Assembly: GCA_039028615.1 (NCBI GenBank)
Contig: JBCCHT010000060.1
Location: 1-58,729, forward strand
DNA length: 58,729 nt
From: Myxococcota bacterium
GTDB taxonomy: Bacteria > Myxococcota_A > Polyangia > Nannocystales > Nannocystaceae
Direction: 5' to 3'
The notes beneath the pieces were generated by a model. It was not told the DNA's origin and did no database searches. It saw only the letters and a list, made by a program, of their open reading frames with translations. A program made the position numbers and the translations under genes. Below, one piece after another: positions 47,064 to 56,127 of this stretch; within the stretch, counting starts at the first letter, position 1, and each line of letters begins with the position of its first letter.

Positions 47064-48461
47064 ATGAGTCGTTCCGCGCTGCTGGTGCTGTTGTCCCTCG
47101 GTTGGGCGTGTAGCCCCGATCTCGCCCCGGTGGGCCCTGAAGAGGGTTCCACGGGAGACGTCGACGTCGACGAGACAGGCGCGCCCCACGGGGGCTCGGG
47201 TGACGACACGGGAGCCGGGGACGAGGAAGAGAACGACGACGACGGTTCGAGCGACGACTCCACGGGCGAGGCGCCCTTGACCTGCATCAACCTCGACCCC
47301 GCGCCCGGTGACGTGTGCTACGTCGAGCACATCATCGAGGTGAGCTCCCAGGTCGTGGCCCTGAGCGACCAAAACGGAGACGGGCAGCTCGACCTGATCA
47401 CGGCCCAAGGGTACTGCTGCGAAGCGCGCAATCCCCATGAAGGCCTGTGGCTGCTGCCCGGCAATGCCGACGGTTCATTCGAAGCGCCCCAGCGACTGCA
47501 GGAGTTCGACTACCAGCAGTTCCACTATCGGTTCGAGCGGCTGCTCCCCATGGGTCCTGGCCCAGACGGAATACCGCGGATCCTGACCCACACCCGGGTC
47601 CGCTCCGTCGGTTCGGACTCCGAGCACTTCGCAGTACTCGCTGGGGAGACACTGCGCGAGCCGCTTTCGTTGCCCTACGGTTTCAGTATGCGAGGAGGCC
47701 CTGCCGATCTCGACGGCGACGGCACGCTCGACTTCGCCGCGGTGGACGACGTCGCGATCTTCGCCATGAGCGAGCCGAACGGAGGCCTCGCAGTCACCGA
47801 GCACCCGATGCCTGTGTTCCTTCCCGAAGCCGTCCTCGTTGGTGACCACGACGGCGACGGTCTCGACGACATTCTTCTCGTCGACGAACCTCACAGCGAC
47901 GAGCGTTTCGTGGGCTACTGGTCCCATACCCTCCCCGGGCCGGTCCCCAGCGCCGTACCCGAAGCGGATGAGTGGACGATGGAGGTCGGCCACCGACTTC
48001 GACCCGAGCAGGCCCGCCTGCTCGACATCGATGATGACGGGCGGCTCGACCTGTGGTCGAGACACCTCGCCAGCGCGCCGAGCAGCCCAGGTTTCGTGGC
48101 CGACCGGATCATCGTCGCGTTGGGCACCGACGACGGCTTTGCCCCCCAAGTCGAGACCGAGCTACCCGGCGCCGTCCTGGCCATGCAACCGCGACTCGCC
48201 GACGACAGCGGTCGGCTTCGCGCCGTCGTGAACGTGGACGGTCACAACGATGAGCTGTGGCTCCTGACGCTGTCCGAAGAACTGGAGTTCCAGGTCGATG
48301 CTCGACTCGGGCTCACGTTTCCCGCCGCGCACTTGGACCTCGATTCGAACGTGCGGGTCGGCGACCTCAACGGTGACGGGCACTCCGACTTCGTGACCCC
48401 GGTGCGCGTCGACTGGTCCTCGGCGATCGCCGTGCTGCTGTCGCGCCCGGGCTCGATCTGA
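47064..48461 (+). CDS. FG-GAP/VCBS repeat lipoprotein (paralog 3)
   Basis: GWAC lipobox, same conserved blocks as paralogs 1 and 2. Confidence 0.85.
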   Translation: MSRSALLVLLSLGWACSPDLAPVGPEEGSTGDVDVDETGAPHGGSGDDTGAGDEEENDDDGSSDDSTGEAPLTCINLDPAPGDVCYVEHIIEVSSQVVALSDQNGDGQLDLITAQGYCCEARNPHEGLWLLPGNADGSFEAPQRLQEFDYQQFHYRFERLLPMGPGPDGIPRILTHTRVRSVGSDSEHFAVLAGETLREPLSLPYGFSMRGGPADLDGDGTLDFAAVDDVAIFAMSEPNGGLAVTEHPMPVFLPEAVLVGDHDGDGLDDILLVDEPHSDERFVGYWSHTLPGPVPSAVPEADEWTMEVGHRLRPEQARLLDIDDDGRLDLWSRHLASAPSSPGFVADRIIVALGTDDGFAPQVETELPGAVLAMQPRLADDSGRLRAVVNVDGHNDELWLLTLSEELEFQVDARLGLTFPAAHLDLDSNVRVGDLNGDGHSDFVTPVRVDWSSAIAVLLSRPGSI

Positions 48462-48526
48462 GCGGCGCAAAGATCGCCCGCCGTGAAGGGCTGGCCCGGC
48501 GATCGCGGGTGCGTCATGCTCGGGCG

Positions 48527-49099
48527 GTGGCGTCCTCCTCCGCGCGCTTCGGCTACTACCGTCGGTTGTCGGCGAAGAACCGCGCGATCTACCGACGAAG
48601 CGACGCCGTCACCAAGATCCCCCTCGCCGAGCCCGAGGTCTTTCGCCCGTACATCGAGGCGATGGCTGCCGCGCTGGAGGCCGACGATCGCAAGGCGGTG
48701 CAGCGCTCGTCGCATCGACTCAGCGTGTTGCTGTGTCGCACGCTGGAGATCCCCGTCGTGCCCGTGCGCGTGCTGGCGAGGCGACCGGCGGATGCGACGG
48801 GTGAGCTGCATGGGCTGTATGTGCGGCACGAAGACGGGCGCACGCTGATCCGGGTATGGATGCGAACCGCCGCGCATGAGCGAGTGGTGGCGTTTCGGAC
48901 GTTCCTACGCACGCTGCTGCACGAGATCTGCCACCACCTGGACTACGAGCTGTTCGAGCTGGGCGACTCGTATCACACGCGCGGGTTCTTTCAGCGGGAG
49001 TCGAGCCTCGTGAGGCAGCTGGCGCCGCGGGAGGAGAAGCCGGAGGTCGAAGCCGAGCCCGTGGGTGGCGAGCAGCTCGGGCTGCCCGGCTTCGGCTGA
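48527..49099 (+). CDS. HExxH zinc-metalloprotease-like (SprT/M48-like) protein
   Basis: ELHGLY, FLRTLLHEICHHLD, SYHTRGF. GTG start approximate. Confidence 0.7.
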   Translation: MASSSARFGYYRRLSAKNRAIYRRSDAVTKIPLAEPEVFRPYIEAMAAALEADDRKAVQRSSHRLSVLLCRTLEIPVVPVRVLARRPADATGELHGLYVRHEDGRTLIRVWMRTAAHERVVAFRTFLRTLLHEICHHLDYELFELGDSYHTRGFFQRESSLVRQLAPREEKPEVEAEPVGGEQLGLPGFG

Positions 49100-49129
49100 G
49101 GGCGGTCGCGGTCGTCGGCGTCGCCACGC

Positions 49130-49795
49130 TCAGCCACTCGAACCCGCTGTGCCGGGCTCACCATCGACCCCAGGCACGGGTCCTCGCAGCCCGAAGAACA
49201 TCGACGTCATCAACGCATCCACGGCTCGCTCGAGCGCATCCGCATCATCGACGGCGAACAGCTTCCCCGTCGACGCGAGCTTGGCGAACCCGTGCACCGT
49301 CGACCACGCGAGCACCGCGGCATCGCCCCCGGGGTGGCGCGTCATCGGACCGTCCTCGAAGCCCGCGTCGAGCCCTCGTTGGAGTACGTCTCGGGCCAAC
49401 CGAGCCGCGCGAACGAGCGGCTCGGACTCCGCCTGCGACAGCAGCAGCGGGTGCTCGAGCAGCTGCATCCATCCCGGGTGGGCGATCGCGAAGCCGATGT
49501 ACGCACACCCCATCGACCGAAAGCGAGCGAGGGCATCCTCGCCGTGCGTGCCCGCCTCTTCGAGCGTCGCCGCCAGTCGTTGGTAGACCTCGGTCGCCGC
49601 CGCTCCCAGCAGGTTCTCCAGCTTGCCGAAGTGATGCGTCGCCGCGGCGTGGCTGAGCTCGACCCGCCGCGCCACCGCTCGCATGGTGGCGCTCGCGACA
49701 CCGCTCTGCTCCACGAGCTCCAAAGTCGCGGTGACGAGCGTGGCCGGCACGTTCCCGCGGTGGTAGGGAGGGCGTTTCGCACCACGACCGGCCAT
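49130..49795 (-). CDS. TetR family transcriptional regulator
   Basis: PYHRGN, TMRAVARRVELSHAAATHHF HTH, C-terminal AWSTVHGFA (WHG-type). Confidence 0.9.
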   Translation of the reverse strand: MAGRGAKRPPYHRGNVPATLVTATLELVEQSGVASATMRAVARRVELSHAAATHHFGKLENLLGAAATEVYQRLAATLEEAGTHGEDALARFRSMGCAYIGFAIAHPGWMQLLEHPLLLSQAESEPLVRAARLARDVLQRGLDAGFEDGPMTRHPGGDAAVLAWSTVHGFAKLASTGKLFAVDDADALERAVDALMTSMFFGLRGPVPGVDGEPGTAGSSG

Positions 49796-49840
49796 CGTCG
49801 GCAGAAGGCTAGCAAGGAGGCGCTCAGAGCACACTCAGCC

Positions 49841-49861
49841 AATCTTTCCATCGGAAAGATT
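49841..49861. promoter_or_regulatory. Perfect palindromic operator, probably bound by the adjacent TetR
   Basis: AATCTTTCC-ATC-GGAAAGATT between the divergent tetR and lipoprotein genes, just upstream of an extended -10 (TG-c-TACCTT). Confidence 0.75.
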
Positions 49862-49878
49862 AATGCTACCTTGTGGCC

Positions 49879-50877
49879 ATGAAGTGGCCTGCGCTCTGCG
49901 GTGTCGTCCTGTTGTCGGCAATGGCGCTCGGGTGCGAGGCGCCCCCCGAGCGACTCGTCGATGCGGAGCCGTCCGCGGGCCGCACCGCCTTCTTCGATGC
50001 GTTCGGTCGCGGCGCGTACGAGGAGCTCGACGACATCATCGGCGAGCTGTCTCGAGAGCACCTCGAAGGCGACGACGTGAGCACGTCCGTGCTGGCGTTC
50101 GCCCACGCCTGGAAGCTCTCCGAAGGCGCCCGGCAAACCGCCGAGCCTCGCGTCATCGAGCACGCCGATCTCGCGGTTCGGTTCTTCGACGAGGCACTCG
50201 AAGCATCGGGAGACGACCCGCGGCTGATCGGCTTTCTCGGATCCTTCGAGGCTGCCGCGGGGACCATTCACGACGAGCGAGCGCAGCGTCGCATGGGCTG
50301 GAACAAGCTGCTGAAGGCGCGGCGGCAGTGGCCCCAGTGGGGTGGGTTCACGCTGGGCTACGTGGCGACCCAGCTCGACTCGGACGAGCGCCGCTTCCGC
50401 AAGGGGATCCGCGCGTTCTGGCGCAACCTCGACGCGTGCGCGGGCGAGCGGGTGGATCGCGAGCGGTTCGAACTCACCGATGAACTCATGGACGCGTTCA
50501 CGAGCGACAGCGACCCCTGGAACTGGCGGGCCTGCTCGAACACCGACGTGGTGCCGTACAACATCGAGGGGTTCTTCCTCGCCTTCGGTGACATCCTGGC
50601 CAAGGGCGGGGAGACGGACGATGCCCGTCGGATGTACCGCATCGCGCTGGAAACGGAAGACTCGGAGACCTGGCCCCATCGGTGGCTCGCCCAGTCACGG
50701 CTCGACAATCTCGAAGCACTGCACGGCTGGTTCAACGCGGCGATCGATCGAACCCAGGCCGTCGACGCCGAGCGAGTCACCATGATCGCCGGGCCCTTCG
50801 CCTGTGCGGGGTGCCATCAAGCAGTGCCGAGCGCAGAGGAGCCGATGAGAACGACCCCCCCCGCGGAAGCGCCATAG
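49879..50877 (+). CDS. Hypothetical helical lipoprotein with C-terminal CxxCH motif
   Basis: ALGC lipobox, all-alpha TPR-like pattern, ACAGCHQ near the C-terminus. Confidence 0.7.
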   Translation: MKWPALCGVVLLSAMALGCEAPPERLVDAEPSAGRTAFFDAFGRGAYEELDDIIGELSREHLEGDDVSTSVLAFAHAWKLSEGARQTAEPRVIEHADLAVRFFDEALEASGDDPRLIGFLGSFEAAAGTIHDERAQRRMGWNKLLKARRQWPQWGGFTLGYVATQLDSDERRFRKGIRAFWRNLDACAGERVDRERFELTDELMDAFTSDSDPWNWRACSNTDVVPYNIEGFFLAFGDILAKGGETDDARRMYRIALETEDSETWPHRWLAQSRLDNLEALHGWFNAAIDRTQAVDAERVTMIAGPFACAGCHQAVPSAEEPMRTTPPAEAP

Positions 50878-50952
50878 CGCGAGCGCGGCCGTCCGACCAT
50901 CGATCGGCGCACCGGTTGTGCGGCGGTACGAGGATCGCCATGCTCTGACCGG

Positions 50953-52059
50953 GTGTCGCGTCGCGTCCGAGGAATCCGAGCCGCTCGGTGGGCTCGCCAG
51001 GCCGCGGCGTCGGTCGGCCTGATACTGCCCGCGCTCGCGTGGGCCCAGCCCGCCGTGCCCGAGCCGCTGCCGCCTCCCGCGGAGATCGAGCTGGTCTGGG
51101 AGGCGCCGTCGCAGTGCCCCGACGACGCAGCGCTCCGAGCCCGCATCGAGCAGATGCTCAGCGGACCGCCGCGGGGCGAAGGCACGGTGCGCGTCACCGG
51201 GACGATCGAGGAGCGCGCGGCGGGGCTGAGCCTTACGCTGACCACCGACTTCCGCGGGCAGGTCGAGCGTCGCGAACTCGAGGCGCCGTCGTGCGACGAG
51301 CTGGGTGAGGCCACGGCGATCCTTCTGGCCATCGCGTTGGAGCCGGAGCTCGAAGACACCCTCGAATCGCCGATGAAGCCCGAGTCTGAGTCCGAGTCGA
51401 ACGCGGTGCCCGAGCCGGAGGCGATCCCCGATCCGCCCCCCTCCGAGCCGAACGCTCCCGAGGCGCCGACCGAGCGCGCCACCACGCCCACCGACGCCTC
51501 CGGTCCCGCGCCGACCTCCGATGCACCGACGGAGCCTCGCCGCCGCTTGCCGAAGCCGAGCCTGGCCCTGCGCATCGCGGCGCTCGCCGAGCTGGGTGCG
51601 CTGCCCGGTCCCACGGGCGGCCCTCACCTCGCGCTGGGTCTGCACTGGCGACGCCTCCGGCTCGAGGTGCACGGCGCCTACCTGGCGCCACGCCTGGACG
51701 TGGTCGCGGGTCAGGGGGCCCTGTATCAGGCGGGCACGGGGGGCGTTCGCGCGTGCGGACGGCCGCGGGCGGGCGCGGTGGAGTTTCCGTTGTGCGGTGG
51801 GATCGAAGGGGGCGCAGTCCGCGGAGCGACCCGTGGTTTCGATCCGCCGCGCTCGGCCAACGCACCCTGGCTGGGTCCACTGGCGAGCGTGGGCGTGGCC
51901 CGCCGCTGGGGCCGAGTGGGGCTGTGGGCGGCGCTAGAGGGCGCTGCACCCGTTCTCCGGGGCGAATTCGTGTTCGAGGGCGAGGTGCGCTTCGGCTCGT
52001 TCCCGGTCACGGGGCGCGCGCTGCTGGGCCTGGAAATCATTTCGAATTCCGTCCCGTAG
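50953..52059 (+). CDS. Exported hypothetical protein with probable C-terminal outer-membrane beta-barrel (ECF-cassette partner)
   Basis: Signal peptide ALAWAQ, WEAPSQCP...SCDELGEA domain, Pro-rich linker, Gly/aromatic beta strands. Confidence 0.65.
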   Translation: MSRRVRGIRAARWARQAAASVGLILPALAWAQPAVPEPLPPPAEIELVWEAPSQCPDDAALRARIEQMLSGPPRGEGTVRVTGTIEERAAGLSLTLTTDFRGQVERRELEAPSCDELGEATAILLAIALEPELEDTLESPMKPESESESNAVPEPEAIPDPPPSEPNAPEAPTERATTPTDASGPAPTSDAPTEPRRRLPKPSLALRIAALAELGALPGPTGGPHLALGLHWRRLRLEVHGAYLAPRLDVVAGQGALYQAGTGGVRACGRPRAGAVEFPLCGGIEGGAVRGATRGFDPPRSANAPWLGPLASVGVARRWGRVGLWAALEGAAPVLRGEFVFEGEVRFGSFPVTGRALLGLEIISNSVP

Positions 52060-52079
52060 GATCGGGCCCCAGCCGGACA
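52054..52079 (+). promoter_or_regulatory. Candidate ECF promoter CCGTAGGATCG-N8-CCGGACA (copy 1)
   Basis: Exact motif repeated at 53323 and 54784; ends 4 nt before the sigma ATG. Confidence 0.7.
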
Positions 52080-52083
52080 CCCC

Positions 52084-53328
52084 ATGGACGTGGACCCACG
52101 CGCCTCGAGCTCGGCCCCGAGCTTCCGATCGATGTACCGCGAGCACTACGGGCTCGTCTGGGGCACCGCGCGACGCTTCGGCGTCGACGACCACCTGCTG
52201 GACGACGCGGTGCAGGAGGCGTTCTTGGTGGCCTATCGCCGGATGGACTCGTTCGAGGGCCCCTCGCCCAAGGCGTGGCTGTACGGGATCACGCGACGGG
52301 TGGCGAGCAATGTGCGGCGCTCCGAGCTTCGCAGCCGACGGCGCAAGGACGCGGTGCGCCAGACGATGCAGGCCTCGACCCCTCGCCCGGCAGACGCGGT
52401 GGAGGCCTGGCAATCGCTCGACCGGTTCTTGGCCGGGCTGGGCGAGCGCCAGCGGGAGATCTTCGTGCTCTCGGAGCTGGAGGGCATGACCGGGGCCGAG
52501 GTGGCCCGCAGCCTGGGTCTGCGGCCGAGCACCACCTACGACGCGATCCGTGCCCTGCGACGCCGCTTCGCGTCGAATGTCGAAAATCCCCCGCCGCGCA
52601 GCACCCTGCGCCGGATGGCCCAGCGCGAGCAGCCCCGGGCCAGCGCCCGCTCGTGGGCATTGTTGGTCGCGGCCATGCCCAGCTCCAAGCTCGGCCTCGG
52701 CAAGGTCGCCGCGGCCTCGAGCAAGCTATCGTGGGCCGCGATGCCGGTCGGAGGCAAAGCAACCCTCGTGGGACTCGGGCTCGCGGCCGCGGTGGCGGTC
52801 GGCGTTGCGGTCAGCGACGACGCGCCCGCGCCCGCACCCACGCGCTCGGCCAAGGCGACGGCGGTGAAGGCCTCGCCGTCGGCGAGCGCCAGTGATTCGA
52901 GCCCCGCTCGTGCGCCCGACGAAGCCGCCCCCGCGGAGCCGACGAACGCGGAAGACACAGACCCTGCCACCGCGCCCGCTCCCCCGACGCCCGCCGCCCC
53001 GCCGCCCGTGGCCAAGCCCACCATGGATGCCCCCGCGGCCCCGCGGAGCTTGGCGGCCGAGAACGCGCTGCTCCGCGACGCCGCCCAGGCGCTCGCCGAA
53101 GGCAACCCCGCGCAGGCCCTCGCGCTGTCCGACCGTCACGCCAAAGAACACGCGGGCAGCCCGATGCGCGACATCAGCACGGCCATGCGGATCGAGAGCC
53201 TCTGCGCGCTGGGCAAGCAGGCCCAGGCGCGCGGTGAAGCGGCGATGTTCCTGCGTCGTCGACCGAAGTCACCGATGGCCGCTCGCGTCCGTGATGCCTG
53301 CCCCGAAAAATCGTCGACGACCCCGTAG
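52084..53328 (+). CDS. ECF sigma factor fused to a TM helix, Pro/Ala linker and extracytoplasmic TPR-like anti-sigma-type domain
   Basis: Region 2 DDAVQEAFL..WLYGITRR; region 4 QREIFVLSELEGMTGAEVARSLG; TM LVGLGLAAAVAVGVAV; C-terminal LAAENALL..A..AL..G...AL...IESLCALG. Confidence 0.85.
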   Translation: MDVDPRASSSAPSFRSMYREHYGLVWGTARRFGVDDHLLDDAVQEAFLVAYRRMDSFEGPSPKAWLYGITRRVASNVRRSELRSRRRKDAVRQTMQASTPRPADAVEAWQSLDRFLAGLGERQREIFVLSELEGMTGAEVARSLGLRPSTTYDAIRALRRRFASNVENPPPRSTLRRMAQREQPRASARSWALLVAAMPSSKLGLGKVAAASSKLSWAAMPVGGKATLVGLGLAAAVAVGVAVSDDAPAPAPTRSAKATAVKASPSASASDSSPARAPDEAAPAEPTNAEDTDPATAPAPPTPAAPPPVAKPTMDAPAAPRSLAAENALLRDAAQALAEGNPAQALALSDRHAKEHAGSPMRDISTAMRIESLCALGKQAQARGEAAMFLRRRPKSPMAARVRDACPEKSSTTP

Positions 53329-53348
53329 GATCGCGACCGGCCCGGACA
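53323..53348 (+). promoter_or_regulatory. Candidate ECF promoter CCGTAGGATCG-N8-CCGGACA (copy 2)
   Basis: Exact motif with an upstream A-tract; 10 nt before ATG 53359. Confidence 0.7.
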
Positions 53349-53358
53349 TGGCAGGGGC

Positions 53359-54708
53359 ATGACTCGAACTCGTCTCGGCTTACTCGTTTCGCTCGCTGCT
53401 CTCGGTGTCGGTACGACCGCGTGTGTGGTCCCGGTCGAGCTGGCGCAGAGCCCTGGCACGGAAAGCGACTCCGAAGCGATGGGGAACGCGTCGGCCGATG
53501 AATCGGGCACGGAAGGCGACACCGCCGACTGCCTCGGCGGGGAGCTGGGCTGCGTGTGCGTGGAAAGTACGTGCGAGGACGGGCTGACCTGCGCCGAAGG
53601 AGAATGCGTGCCGCTGCAAGGGCCCTGCGGCAACGGGCTGCTCGAAGACGGGGAGGACTGCGACGACGGCAACCTCACCGATGCGGATGGGTGCAACGCG
53701 GATTGCCGGGTCTCGGGCACGATCGAGTGGTCTGTCGATCTCAACGGCGATGCAGATCTGAGCGGGATCCTAGCGGTGGGCGTGGACTCCACGGACGCGA
53801 TCGTGCTCGGTGGATTCTTCTCGCAGGACGACGTCGTCTCGGGCCGGCTGTGGAAACTCGACCCGGCAGGCGAGGAACTGTGGGTCGACACAATGGCCGA
53901 AACCACGGTCGTGCGGGAGCTCGCCATCGCACCCGACGACGGGATCGCAGTGGCGGGTTTTTCGAACCCTACGAGCCCAACCTCTACCGAAATTTGGGTC
54001 CGCGACTACGACACCGACGGGACCCTCGAACAACAATTCGAACCCGACTGGAACATCATCGAAGGCGTCGCGGTGCTGCCCGACGGACGGATCCTCGCGG
54101 GTGGTGGCGGGCGACTCTTCGCCATGGATTCAGAGCCACCGTGGCACTGGGAACTGGAGCAGTGGTTCAACGTCTTGACGATCTCGCCGACCGGCGGGTT
54201 CGTCGTCGCCGGCTGGTCCACGGAAGAACTCGACATGAGCTACATCGCCTGGTACGAGGACACGACCAACCCGGGCACCGCCACCCGGACCCAGATCGAA
54301 CCAAAGGACCCCATCCGGGGGCTGGCGTTCGACAGCGAAGGCAACATCGTGGTGGTGGGCAGCCGGACGGTGGGAGCGACCTCGTCGGCCTCAGAGCTGC
54401 GAAAGCTCGCGCCCGATGGCGCGGAGCTATGGAGCATCACGCCCACCAGTGGCTCTCCGTCGGGAGAGCGAGCGTTCGGCATGGCGGTGGACAGCCGTGA
54501 CCGCATCGTGGTCGTGGGGTACGGCGACTCGGACCTCGATTATTTTCCCTGGATCGCCAAGTTCGATTCCGACGGCACCCCACTATGGAACGTCGTGCTC
54601 ACGGAAAACCTCGGCGACATCCATGGGATCGCGATCAACTCGCAGGACGAGGTCTTGGTGGGCACGAGCTACGGCGAACACGCCGTATTGTTCAGTCTAA
54701 CGCCGTAA
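53359..54708 (+). CDS. Lipoprotein with myxobacterial Cys-rich repeat and beta-propeller (paralog 1)
   Basis: TTAC lipobox, CGNGLLEDGEDCDDGN...DGCNADC, propeller repeats AVDS.DRIVVVG and KFDSDG..LW. Confidence 0.82.
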   Translation: MTRTRLGLLVSLAALGVGTTACVVPVELAQSPGTESDSEAMGNASADESGTEGDTADCLGGELGCVCVESTCEDGLTCAEGECVPLQGPCGNGLLEDGEDCDDGNLTDADGCNADCRVSGTIEWSVDLNGDADLSGILAVGVDSTDAIVLGGFFSQDDVVSGRLWKLDPAGEELWVDTMAETTVVRELAIAPDDGIAVAGFSNPTSPTSTEIWVRDYDTDGTLEQQFEPDWNIIEGVAVLPDGRILAGGGGRLFAMDSEPPWHWELEQWFNVLTISPTGGFVVAGWSTEELDMSYIAWYEDTTNPGTATRTQIEPKDPIRGLAFDSEGNIVVVGSRTVGATSSASELRKLAPDGAELWSITPTSGSPSGERAFGMAVDSRDRIVVVGYGDSDLDYFPWIAKFDSDGTPLWNVVLTENLGDIHGIAINSQDEVLVGTSYGEHAVLFSLTP

Positions 54709-54783
54709 ATCGGCCGTCCCGACCGCGCGACTCCGCCCTCGCGACCGGGGGTTGGCCGTGGCGTAGAAAAATCGAAATTCGCT

Positions 54784-54809
54784 CCGTAGGATCGACGACC
54801 ACCCGGACA
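54784..54809 (+). promoter_or_regulatory. Candidate ECF promoter CCGTAGGATCG-N8-CCGGACA (copy 3)
   Basis: Exact motif with an upstream A-tract; 11 nt before ATG 54821. Confidence 0.7.
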
Positions 54810-54820
54810 TGGCGGGGGTC

Positions 54821-56110
54821 ATGACTCGAACTTCGCGCGCCTTGCTCCTTCCGTTGCTCGCTTTCGGCCTGAGCCACGCCGCCTGTGTCCTGCGGGTCGA
54901 GCTGGCCGCGGAAGACGACGCGGCCGACGGCGGCACCTGGGATCCGGGCGGCGGTCTCGAGAGCGGTCCGCCGCCCGCGGACGAGAGCACGGGCGTCGAA
55001 GGGGAGTGCAACAACGGCCAGCTCGAGCCGGGCGAGGATTGCGACGACGGCAACCCCGTCGACGCCGACGGCTGCAACACCGACTGCCGGATCTCGGGCT
55101 CCATCGCGTGGTCGGTGGAGTTCGGCAGTGACGACGACTCCACCGAGGCCTTCGCCGTCGCCGTCGACTCGCTCGATTTCATCGCGGTGACCGGCTCCCA
55201 GTTCTTCCCACAGAGCGAGTCGTTCGACTACTGGGTCCGGCGCATCGACCCCGACGGCGTCGAGCAGTGGGTCGACACCGTGCCCGACGACGTCTGGGTG
55301 CGAGACCTCGACACCGGGCCCGACGACCACATCATCATCGCGGGCGGGCGTGCACAGCCGGACGACGACCCTTCGCTCATGTGGGCCCAGCGCTACGCGA
55401 CCGACGGTGCAATCGCGCAGACCCTCGAGCAACCGCTCGGGGCCCTAGGAGGTGGAGCCTCTGCCGTCGCGTTCACCCCCAGCGGGACGATCCTCGGCGG
55501 CGGCTACGAGAGCCTGTTCGCCATCGACACCGCGCCGCTTTGGCTCGCGGGCGTCGAGTACGGGGTCGAGGACATCGTGGTGTCATCGGCGGGTGGATTC
55601 GCGATCGCCGGGTTTGCCTCGGGTGACGAGGAGCTCGGGTACGTCTCGTGGTACGCGGACCCGAACCGAGGGGTCGACCCGAGCTGGACCGAGACGGACC
55701 CGACTGCGGTCGTGACCGGCGTGGCGCTCGACGGAGCGGGCAATGTCGTCGTGGCGGGGCGGGGTTCGAGCACGACGCCCGGGTTCACGGCGTGGCTGCA
55801 GAAGTTCGCGCCCGACGGCACCGAGCAGTGGCAGGTGAACCCGATGAGCGAGTTCGATGCGGAAGAGGCCGTTGCCGTCGCGGTCGATGGGCACGATCGC
55901 ATCGTGGTGGTGGGGCACGTCTACGATGGGTTCAACAATCACCCGTGGATTCAGAAGCTCGATACGCACGGGATGATGCGGTGGGACCTGGTCATCGAGG
56001 ACGAGGACATGGATGGGTCGGCCGAGGGGGTGGCGATCGACTCGCAGGACGAGATCCTCGTGGCGATGCGGGTGGGGCCGCGGGGGCGATTGGTCAAGCT
56101 GCGACAGTGA
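54821..56110 (+). CDS. Lipoprotein with myxobacterial Cys-rich repeat and beta-propeller (paralog 2)
   Basis: MTRT start like paralog 1, HAAC lipobox, CNNGQLEPGEDCDDGN...DGCNTDC, same propeller repeats. Confidence 0.82.
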   Translation: MTRTSRALLLPLLAFGLSHAACVLRVELAAEDDAADGGTWDPGGGLESGPPPADESTGVEGECNNGQLEPGEDCDDGNPVDADGCNTDCRISGSIAWSVEFGSDDDSTEAFAVAVDSLDFIAVTGSQFFPQSESFDYWVRRIDPDGVEQWVDTVPDDVWVRDLDTGPDDHIIIAGGRAQPDDDPSLMWAQRYATDGAIAQTLEQPLGALGGGASAVAFTPSGTILGGGYESLFAIDTAPLWLAGVEYGVEDIVVSSAGGFAIAGFASGDEELGYVSWYADPNRGVDPSWTETDPTAVVTGVALDGAGNVVVAGRGSSTTPGFTAWLQKFAPDGTEQWQVNPMSEFDAEEAVAVAVDGHDRIVVVGHVYDGFNNHPWIQKLDTHGMMRWDLVIEDEDMDGSAEGVAIDSQDEILVAMRVGPRGRLVKLRQ

Positions 56111-56127
56111 CGGGGGGCCCGCGCTCG

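Noticed and set aside
52054..54809. CCGTAGGATCG-N8-CCGGACA as a mobile or CRISPR-type repeat
   Set aside because: The copies sit only at gene starts with a variable spacer of fixed length, which fits a promoter or protein-binding site.
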